A stretch of 64,000 bases of DNA from Candidatus Moraniibacteriota bacterium (GTDB lineage: Bacteria > Patescibacteriota > Minisyncoccia > Moranbacterales > UBA1568), in NCBI GenBank assembly GCA_028711705.1, contig JAQTRS010000003.1, positions 27,818 through 91,817 of the forward strand. The letters are read 5' to 3'. Below, in pieces: positions 57,972 through 64,000 of the stretch (position 1 is its first letter; each line of letters opens with the position of its first letter). The notes under the pieces were generated by a model that saw only the letters and a program-made list of their open reading frames with translations, was not told the origin of the DNA and searched no databases. Both the position numbers and the translations under genes were made by a program.

Positions 57972-58553
57972 TTACTGCACGACCTGTGCCAATAAATGGC
58001 GGCGGCCGAACGCGAAAGCCTCTGTTTTGGTTTCTGTGTAAATGTCGAAGTGGTTTCCTTTGATGGCACCACCACGGTCTTCACACGTAAAGACACCGTA
58101 TCCTTCGATGCTGATTTTCGTGCCGAATGGATACATTTGTGGGCAAGCCAAAGTTCTTTTTTCTTGTACTTTGACGCCAGAAGCGGTTATGCCGTCGCTT
58201 TTACCGCATTCATCGGCAGCTGCCGTATAGGCAGAAGCGTTGATGGTAAAAGGTTCTGTCGGGAGATTATTCCACAAGTGCTGCTGTTTGACTTTCCATT
58301 TTTCAAGGGTCTGTTCGTATTTGATATCCGCCTCGGTTTTTTCAGGAGCCGCCATCTTCTCAGAATTTATCATTCCCGAGAGGCTATAGAGGCCGTATCG
58401 TATCAAGAAGGGGTCGTTTTGTATCGTGTACGTATTGATCTCATTTGATATTTTTGTATTGATGTTAGTATTCATGATGTCTGCAGATGCCTTAGGCGTC
58501 GATATGACAGCGAAAAGCGCGAGCGTGGCAACAATCGTACTAATAATACGCAT
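57972..58553 (-). CDS. secreted 3D-domain protein (lytic-transglycosylase-like, YocH/YuiC type)
   Basis: Signal peptide ends in ASA. C-terminus is DGITASGVKV...TLACPQ...GTKISIEGYGVFTCEDRGGAIKGNHFDIY. Confidence 0.7.
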   Translation of the reverse strand: MRIISTIVATLALFAVISTPKASADIMNTNINTKISNEINTYTIQNDPFLIRYGLYSLSGMINSEKMAAPEKTEADIKYEQTLEKWKVKQQHLWNNLPTEPFTINASAYTAAADECGKSDGITASGVKVQEKRTLACPQMYPFGTKISIEGYGVFTCEDRGGAIKGNHFDIYTETKTEAFAFGRRHLLAQVVQ

Positions 58554-58740
58554 AGAGTGCTGTCAATGTTTATCCAGATGCTATAGAGGAGTCGACGCAG
58601 TGCCGATCCTGTTGTATAAGAGCTGGGCCAGACCTCTTGGAGGTTGACTGACTACTATAGCATATGATAAGAAAAAAGTCAAGCAAAAATGCTTGGCTCA
58701 GTCTCTTTTTATGGCTTACATTAAGCAAATATACGATATT

Positions 58741-59982
58741 TTACTGATCGTTGGAAAGCACCGTATTAAGAGCATCCTCATCTTGGCAGGTGTATTTATT
58801 ATCCGGTGAATAAAAACGTTTTTTCGGGCCATAGCAGCTTCCGTTTTCCGCTGGTAGCGGGGCGAGGAAGGGGAGGAAAAAGCCGATGTCTCGGGAGGTG
58901 AAGTATTTGTGGAGCTTTTTCATGGCCTTGGCCCGATCATTTTGGGACATGCGGGCGAAGGTGCTCATATCATCGCCGGATCGGCCGCTCCAGTCGAGGT
59001 GGATGAAGACATTATTGGCCTTTGACGCGAATTTGTTGTGCCAAAGGAGCGCCCAACACCAATCCCCCTCCTTTTTCCACCAGCGGGAAAAGCAGGGGCC
59101 GTCCTCGATGCTGCCGTCGGCATGGAGCCCGACGCCGCCCTCGATATAATCGAACATACGAAGGTAACTTTCATCTTCGATATCGTTGGTCTGGGCGCCG
59201 ATAACGATTTGCATACCCTTGGACTGCGCATACCCGCGCATGGAGCTCATGACCGCATTGAGGAGCGATCTATCAGGGTCATTGGCGTCCTGGAGGAAGA
59301 CCTGGCCGAACATGAAGCTCTGGATACCCATGTCCATGGCCTGTTTGGTGATGTATTGCACATAGAGCATATACTCGCGCTTTTCAAAAGACGGCTGGCA
59401 GGTGTGTTCGCCCCATTTGTTCTTGCTGCCATCCCGGCACATTTTCGCGAATTCGAAATCCCTTTGTTCAGGCGGATAAAAATAATCCGCCTTGGTGTCG
59501 ATGGCTTCCGCGATAAACATGCCATAGACGATGTCGGGTTTGGTGACGCGCGCTTTTATTTTTTGCGCCAGTTCGAAATCAGGCGGCCGAAGCCAGGTTT
59601 CAAGCGATCGGTGCAGGTAGTAGCAGTTCGAGCGGCTGATGAGCTTCGCGGTGCTGCCGGCATTTTCCCCATAATCGGAAAGGAAGCCATCGGCGATGCA
59701 GCCCTGGCGCTTCATCCGTTCCATGGAAGGCGGGGTGGGCGGGGTTTCTTTCGGAGTGACGGTTTCGATCGGACCGAAACCGTTGTCCGTAAGACCTTGC
59801 CCCGGATGTTCAGGGAGGGGGATGTCGGGGATGCGCGGATGTTCGGTGGATTTCAAAACGATAAATACACCCATGAGGAGTATCATGAGTGTTAAGCTAA
59901 GAGCTATCGTATGTGATCGGATAAATATCAGCAGTGGATGCATAGGGCATATGAAAACGATATCGCTATATAAGTATAGCAC
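58741..59982 (-). CDS. membrane-anchored hypothetical protein, possibly glycoside-hydrolase-like
   Basis: 413-aa ORF with one N-terminal TM. No motif I can name with confidence. Confidence 0.45.
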   Translation of the reverse strand: MLYLYSDIVFICPMHPLLIFIRSHTIALSLTLMILLMGVFIVLKSTEHPRIPDIPLPEHPGQGLTDNGFGPIETVTPKETPPTPPSMERMKRQGCIADGFLSDYGENAGSTAKLISRSNCYYLHRSLETWLRPPDFELAQKIKARVTKPDIVYGMFIAEAIDTKADYFYPPEQRDFEFAKMCRDGSKNKWGEHTCQPSFEKREYMLYVQYITKQAMDMGIQSFMFGQVFLQDANDPDRSLLNAVMSSMRGYAQSKGMQIVIGAQTNDIEDESYLRMFDYIEGGVGLHADGSIEDGPCFSRWWKKEGDWCWALLWHNKFASKANNVFIHLDWSGRSGDDMSTFARMSQNDRAKAMKKLHKYFTSRDIGFFLPFLAPLPAENGSCYGPKKRFYSPDNKYTCQDEDALNTVLSNDQ

Positions 59983-60100
59983 TTTTAAGCCGAATATATT
60001 TCACGGGCGCCTCTGATTCATCGCCTGTACGAGATTATTGCGCACGAGAATTCGTATGCACAGGAAAGGAAAGTCCATAAACTTTGAAGGGAGGAGGTGA

Positions 60101-60520
60101 ATGATTATGACACGGGAAATAATTCCTTGGGGCGCTGCTCGGGATATCGATGCGTTTCTGGGCGATTTCGGGCTCGGTCATTTCGGTGGGCGGTTCGTGC
60201 CGTCGATGGACGTGTATCAGGACAAGGACCAGGTGGTGGTCGATGTCTCGATCGCGGGCGTCGATCCGGAAAAGGTCGATATCACCATCGAGGGCGATGT
60301 GCTGACCGTAAGCGGTCACACTGAGGAGCGAAAGGAGATAAAGCATGAGGACTACTATCGCAAGGAAGTGCGCAGCGGTTCTTTTACGCGGTCCGTCATA
60401 CTCCCGATGCGCGTTAAGGGCGATCTTGCGGAGGCTCAGTATTCCAAGGGTATCCTGAGGATAACGATGCCGAAGGCGGAAGAGGAAAAGTCAAAGAAAA
60501 TCGCTGTCAAAGTGAAGTGA
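60101..60520 (+). CDS. Hsp20/alpha-crystallin small heat-shock protein
   Basis: Residues PSMDVYQDKDQVVVDVSIAGVDPEKVDITIEGDVLTVSG...GSFTRSVILP...GILRITMPK. Confidence 0.85.
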   Translation: MIMTREIIPWGAARDIDAFLGDFGLGHFGGRFVPSMDVYQDKDQVVVDVSIAGVDPEKVDITIEGDVLTVSGHTEERKEIKHEDYYRKEVRSGSFTRSVILPMRVKGDLAEAQYSKGILRITMPKAEEEKSKKIAVKVK

Positions 60521-60550
60521 CCGATGCTTTGTTTGGGCGGTGATCTTGAT

Positions 60551-60582
60551 AAAAGCAGCCTTTACTCAGGGCTGTTTTTGTT
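60551..60582 (+). terminator. terminator after the sHSP gene (AAAAGCAGCC / GGCTGTTTTT)
   Basis: Read directly. Confidence 0.6.
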
Positions 60583-60590
60583 ATAAAACC

Positions 60591-60619
60591 TTGACTTTTT
60601 TTGAGAGTCGTCCTATACT
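60591..60619 (+). promoter_or_regulatory. near-consensus sigma70 promoter: TTGACT, 17-nt spacer, TATACT
   Basis: Reads ttgactttttttgagagtcgtcctatact. Sits ~60 nt upstream of the small-ORF pair. Confidence 0.55.
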
Positions 60620-60677
60620 GAGCTCGTCAATTCATATTTTGGAATGATACAACTGAAGCGTTTTTTTGGAGGTGAGT

Positions 60678-60860
60678 ATGAAAAGTAATAACGGTGGTAG
60701 GGGAAATAACGGGTTCCCTGATGAAAAAAGCATCGAACAGGTTCAAGAACAATTCATCATTGGCAGTGACGAATTGTTGATTGATCCGGATGATGTTTGG
60801 CTCCTGAGAGAAATTTGTGACTGCGGTCATAGGGACTGCATATGCCCCTCAGATGAGTAA
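60678..60860 (+). CDS. small acidic Cys-rich peptide (60 aa; C-terminus CDCGHRDCICPSDE)
   Basis: RBS GGAGG sits 5 nt upstream of the ATG. Translation is MKSNNGGRGNNGFPDEKSIEQVQEQFIIGSDELLIDPDDVWLLREICDCGHRDCICPSDE. Confidence 0.45.
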   Translation: MKSNNGGRGNNGFPDEKSIEQVQEQFIIGSDELLIDPDDVWLLREICDCGHRDCICPSDE

Positions 60861-60899
60861 TATGCGGATGGACAGCCTACCCTAAAGGAGGGGATAGCG

Positions 60900-61037
60900 A
60901 TGAAAACGAGTAATAATCCAACTGATTATGATCAGCTGGGATGGGAGATTACCGGCGCACCGAATCTTCCAAGGTGGCTAGTATCGACGGCAATCAGTAT
61001 GGTGTTGGTGGTGTTGCTGATTGCGGCGTTTGTATAG
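60900..61037 (+). CDS. small single-TM peptide (45 aa)
   Basis: RBS AAGGAGGGG. Translation is MKTSNNPTDYDQLGWEITGAPNLPRWLVSTAISMVLVVLLIAAFV. Shares the MK(S/T)SNN start with the preceding ORF. Too short for the ORF track. Confidence 0.4.
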   Translation: MKTSNNPTDYDQLGWEITGAPNLPRWLVSTAISMVLVVLLIAAFV

Positions 61038-61161
61038 CCAAGACAGGTTTATTGAAACTGAGGCCTAGAAGCTCTAGGCATTGGCTTGAAACGAGCCAAG
61101 AATACAGGCATTGTCGCTTAAAAAAGTGATGATGCCTCTTTCTTTTTGAGATGTATGATCA

Positions 61162-61830
61162 ATGAGATATATCCTGAAAGGACTGTATTTTGTGTATCGT
61201 AGTAGGAAAGAGAGTATGAATATACCGTTATGTCCTATGCATCACAAAAGACTTCAGGTATTTGCAGGCGTTACGTTCATTGTTCTGGGCATTGTGTTGC
61301 TCCGCGTCCCCCAGGAGTGGTTCCCGGATTTTTATCGAGCCTCATATATAGGCGTTATCGCGCTGCTTTCTTCGGTGCTTATTTATCTTCCATCGTTGAT
61401 GCTCACGCAAGACACGCCCAAAAAGCGGGAATTGGTCCTGCAAAGCCGATCCGTCATAGCGTTTTCACTGAGTATCAATCTATTGGGTGAGCTCGGACTG
61501 TTTCAACTCTATCGATTCGGATTCGAATATGATAAATTCGCCCATTTCATTGTTTGCATGGCTTTTACGGTGATACTCTGCGAAGCGCTTATAGAATGGA
61601 AGCATTGCCATTCCAAGCAAGCCATCATAGTAGCAGTCTTGATCATTGTTGGTTCCGGAATATTGTGGGAAGTTGTTGAGTTTTCCTCAGATGTGCTTTT
61701 TGGAACGCAAGAATGGGGAGTCTATGGAAAATACACGGTTCCGGATACGATTAAGGATATTCTTTTCAACATCGTGGGCATCATTTCTGGTATAATCATC
61801 TTTAAACCCCCAAAAAGGCTTTCGAAGTGA
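61162..61830 (+). CDS. hypothetical polytopic membrane protein
   Basis: 222-aa ORF with ~5 TM. The real start may be MNIPL at ~61216. Confidence 0.5.
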   Translation: MRYILKGLYFVYRSRKESMNIPLCPMHHKRLQVFAGVTFIVLGIVLLRVPQEWFPDFYRASYIGVIALLSSVLIYLPSLMLTQDTPKKRELVLQSRSVIAFSLSINLLGELGLFQLYRFGFEYDKFAHFIVCMAFTVILCEALIEWKHCHSKQAIIVAVLIIVGSGILWEVVEFSSDVLFGTQEWGVYGKYTVPDTIKDILFNIVGIISGIIIFKPPKRLSK

Positions 61831-61911
61831 GTAGGTATACCCGTATTTATTATGAAAGCGCATGTCTTTATAACCTTGTTGTATCATAATCTCATTGTTT
61901 GATTATCGATA

Positions 61912-62268
61912 TTACAATAGCTTTAAAAGGGGTTGTTTCTGTAAAATACCGGAAAGATCTCCAGGGTTTCTCCTTATTATCAACAGTGGCCCAAAGCTGA
62001 TCAGAGGAAGAAATCCTATAACCCCAATGAGTTTGAGCGCTGTTTTAATAATTGGAAGTTCGCTCGTATCATTTTTCCATTGTGCGCAAAGCATCGCAGT
62101 GATCGATCCAATAATAGACGCTCCAAATAAAGATGTTAACGAAAGATATCCAAGAAGCATAAGTGTGAAAAATGCTACAGTTGTAAATACCAGGAAATAA
62201 GAAATAAACAGCGTGATGAAGCCATGCACGCTTGTTTTCGGTTTAAGTGTTAGTCCATTCTCATGCAT
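61912..62268 (-). CDS. small hypothetical membrane protein
   Basis: 118-aa hydrophobic ORF antisense to nothing else. Weak call. Confidence 0.3.
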   Translation of the reverse strand: MHENGLTLKPKTSVHGFITLFISYFLVFTTVAFFTLMLLGYLSLTSLFGASIIGSITAMLCAQWKNDTSELPIIKTALKLIGVIGFLPLISFGPLLIIRRNPGDLSGILQKQPLLKLL

Positions 62269-62370
62269 AGTATAATCGTTGTCACTTTATTCAACAAAAA
62301 ACAGAAAACCCACTGAAGCAGATTTTCTGTTGAGGGGTTTTTTACTAGATTTCTACTGGCGATGGCGTTC

Positions 62371-63039
62371 TTAGCGTCTACCTTGGGGTAGTTCTTGAAA
62401 TATCCACTCGCTTCGATCCGGGTCAAGAAAATCAAGAACATCTTCAGCACTTTTTTTACTTAGCCATTTTAAAGTGTCTCTGAAACAGCATGCCTCGACA
62501 ATGCTTAAATTTTCATCAGCTTGTTCCCAGAAATTAGCATGGCGCACAAAAACAACTTTGATCTTATGTTTTTGACATGCTTCAACAACACTTTCTTTAA
62601 ATGACTCTATATCATACAAACAACGGCTACATAGACACGTTACGAAGTACGGACGCTCTTTCGGATTTTGTCCTTTGAATACAATAGTACTCGCCGTATC
62701 CATTATCGCATCATTCCATACAGCGAAGGCGCATTGCGGTAATGATTTTATCTGAAGGAGTGATACGTGACGAAATGTGTCAAGTTGGATCACATCAACC
62801 GTATCTTGGTGCCCAGTTGTGATGATTGTCTCCTTAAGAGATTTTCCTTCGATTACTCCTCCACGTGGAAAGACGTATCTGCCGACTGCTTTAGTTTCAC
62901 TTGATCCTGATTGTGTTAGATTGCGCCCAGTGACAGTGGGTGCGTGATGTTTTGTTATTGCGATTAAACCATCTTTAACTTTGAATACTATATTCTTTAG
63001 ATGATAGAATGCGCCGAGTAGGGCTACTTTTATTTTCAT
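62371..63039 (-). CDS. hypothetical Cys-containing protein (222 aa)
   Basis: Clean ORF with a downstream hairpin at ~62300-62340. Motifs I do not recognise (VTCLCSRCLYD). Confidence 0.5.
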   Translation of the reverse strand: MKIKVALLGAFYHLKNIVFKVKDGLIAITKHHAPTVTGRNLTQSGSSETKAVGRYVFPRGGVIEGKSLKETIITTGHQDTVDVIQLDTFRHVSLLQIKSLPQCAFAVWNDAIMDTASTIVFKGQNPKERPYFVTCLCSRCLYDIESFKESVVEACQKHKIKVVFVRHANFWEQADENLSIVEACCFRDTLKWLSKKSAEDVLDFLDPDRSEWIFQELPQGRR

Positions 63040-63178
63040 GGAAAAACTCCTTTATTTGGGGTTGTGTATTTTATTGTTAAATAATCTGCTCATGCAGACT
63101 TTCGATCCTAGTATATGTTATGAATTTTGTCAATATAAATACCAAAAACAAGGTCCTTTCAAACCTTGTTCTTATCTG

Positions 63179-63250
63179 AGCGAGTAACGGGAGTCGAACC
63201 CGTATCTTGACCTTGGCAAGGTCACATAATAGCCGCTATACGATACCCGC
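63179..63250 (-). tRNA. tRNA-Gly (anticodon GCC)
   Basis: Hand-folded. Acceptor stem is GCGGGTA/TACTCGC with G4:U69. Anticodon loop is UUGCCAA. Confidence 0.6.
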
Positions 63251-63304
63251 TTATGCTATTTTTATCACTATTTTACACACAGAATATGAGAAAGCAAATG
63301 GTCT

Positions 63305-63380
63305 TGGTGGGTCCGGCTGGAATCGAACCAGCGACCTAGAGATTATGAGTCCCCCGCTCTAACCGCTGAGCTACGGACCC
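63305..63380 (-). tRNA. tRNA with CAU anticodon (elongator Met, or Ile2 if lysidinylated by TilS), CCA encoded
   Basis: Hand-folded. 1:72 is a G:C pair, so it is not an initiator. Anticodon loop is CUCAUAA. Confidence 0.6.
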
Positions 63381-64000
63381 CCCTTTTCGAACTTAAGCAA
63401 CTTCATGCCCTCTATCCATCCAATAATTCGGAAGAATAACCGTACATCATACATTCTAATATGAACCGTGCCGTGAGTCAAGGTGTTTCCGCGCTTTCCT
63501 TGGCTTGATTTATTTGCTTTCAATTGTGTTTTGATGAACTGATTTTTCGGAATAGAAGTGACGTTCGACCAAAAGGAAATGACCGTATCTGTATCGATAT
63601 TGGGATGCGCTATGACCTGTATTTTTATTTCCGAGTCGTTTTTGATGCAAAATGTCCGAAAAAAGGCCATCATTAGTGTAATCATTTGCGGATCCGAATT
63701 TGCGAAATCTACGCATTTCCATTTGCTTCCGTAGGCGCCTTTTTTGTATCCTTCCGCCCAATAAAGGGATACTCCTATGAGGAAAAGGGGATTTTCAGAA
63801 AGTTTATGGACTTCTTGCGTGGCATTGTCACGAATATCATCCGCCTGTTTTTTGGCAAGCGCTGTTTGATTTTTATTTCTTTGAATTAGTGATCGTATAC
63901 TTGTAGCACATACCCGGGTGGATATTTTTTGCTGAGCCTCTGTTGAAAGAGGTATATCTTTGAGCCACGAGCTGAGTGTGCTTTTGGGAATATGTAAGCT
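63371..64000 (-). CDS. hypothetical protein, partial (N-terminus beyond the window end). HTH-like segment plus weak LAGLIDADG-like motifs.
   Basis: Reverse-complement ORF is open from the window end. Reads ...IPKSTLSSWLKDIP...LIGVSLYWAEGYKKG...FFRIIGWIEGM. The stop overlaps the tRNA-CAU 5' end. Confidence 0.35.
   Translation of the reverse strand, partial: SLHIPKSTLSSWLKDIPLSTEAQQKISTRVCATSIRSLIQRNKNQTALAKKQADDIRDNATQEVHKLSENPLFLIGVSLYWAEGYKKGAYGSKWKCVDFANSDPQMITLMMAFFRTFCIKNDSEIKIQVIAHPNIDTDTVISFWSNVTSIPKNQFIKTQLKANKSSQGKRGNTLTHGTVHIRMYDVRLFFRIIGWIEGMKLLKFEKGGP

Noticed and set aside
57745-58096. Small minus-strand ORFs overlapping the tRNA-Leu and tRNA-Cys genes
   Set aside because: They overlap well-folded tRNA genes and are artefacts of the ORF track.
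60061-60085. aggaaaggaaagtcc resembling the RNase P RNA P4 sequence GGAAAGUCCGG
   Set aside because: The match does not extend. The segment is the purine-rich RBS/leader of the sHSP gene.
1-64000. Search for CRISPR arrays, rRNA genes and obvious IS elements
   Set aside because: I saw no regularly spaced direct repeats, no rRNA-like conserved stretches, and no transposase with terminal inverted repeats apart from the weak partial ORF at the window end.

Overview
This 64 kb window reads as a compact bacterial chromosome segment containing the replication origin. The gene set and style look like an ultra-small Gram-positive-like or CPR/Patescibacteria-type genome, but that lineage call is an inference, not a measurement. 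The origin region is dnaN (partial), a 31-bp perfect inverted repeat, dnaA, two perfect DnaA boxes, then rpmH-rnpA-yidC-jag. A surface-glycan cluster follows: a Wzx-like flippase, two family-2 glycosyltransferases and two O-antigen-ligase-like membrane proteins. The main accessory feature is an ~14 kb run of eleven co-directional minus-strand genes (10853..24641) resembling a relaxase-less, Gram-positive-type type IV secretion (T4SS) / conjugation-like apparatus. It has a VirB4-family ATPase that appears split into two ORFs, a PrgI/VirB3-like small membrane protein, a VirB6/TrbL-like polytopic protein, a LysM-CHAP cell-wall hydrolase, a membrane-anchored LAS/M15-type zinc peptidase, an 876-aa surface protein and small membrane proteins. 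A tyrosine recombinase gene sits next to it. The rest is mostly housekeeping, on both strands: uvrD/pcrA, a UbiA prenyltransferase fused to an extra membrane domain, ksgA, a YabE-like gene, comM, lspA, a DksA/TraR-family gene, yraN, pnp, a NYN-domain gene inserted between rpsO and pnp, rpsO, a MarR regulator, a third O-antigen-ligase-like gene, two secreted proteins, ftsH, tilS, a gmk-like gene, rpsA, gyrA, rbfA, nrnA, a family-4 UDG, an HD-domain protein, a 3D-domain protein and an Hsp20. There are seven tRNA genes: Ala-GGC, Val-GAC, Arg-CCU, Leu-UAA, Cys-GCA, Gly-GCC and Met/Ile2-CAU. Unusual signals: six copies of a 14-bp near-palindrome (GTTYCA-NN-TGRAAC) confined to the hydrophilic loops of one O-antigen-ligase-like gene; very long intergenic hairpins with 20-31 bp arms; a 1.1 kb AT-rich region with no ORFs; and a consensus sigma70-type promoter driving two tiny ORFs. 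All coordinates are hand-counted and may be off by 1-2 nt.
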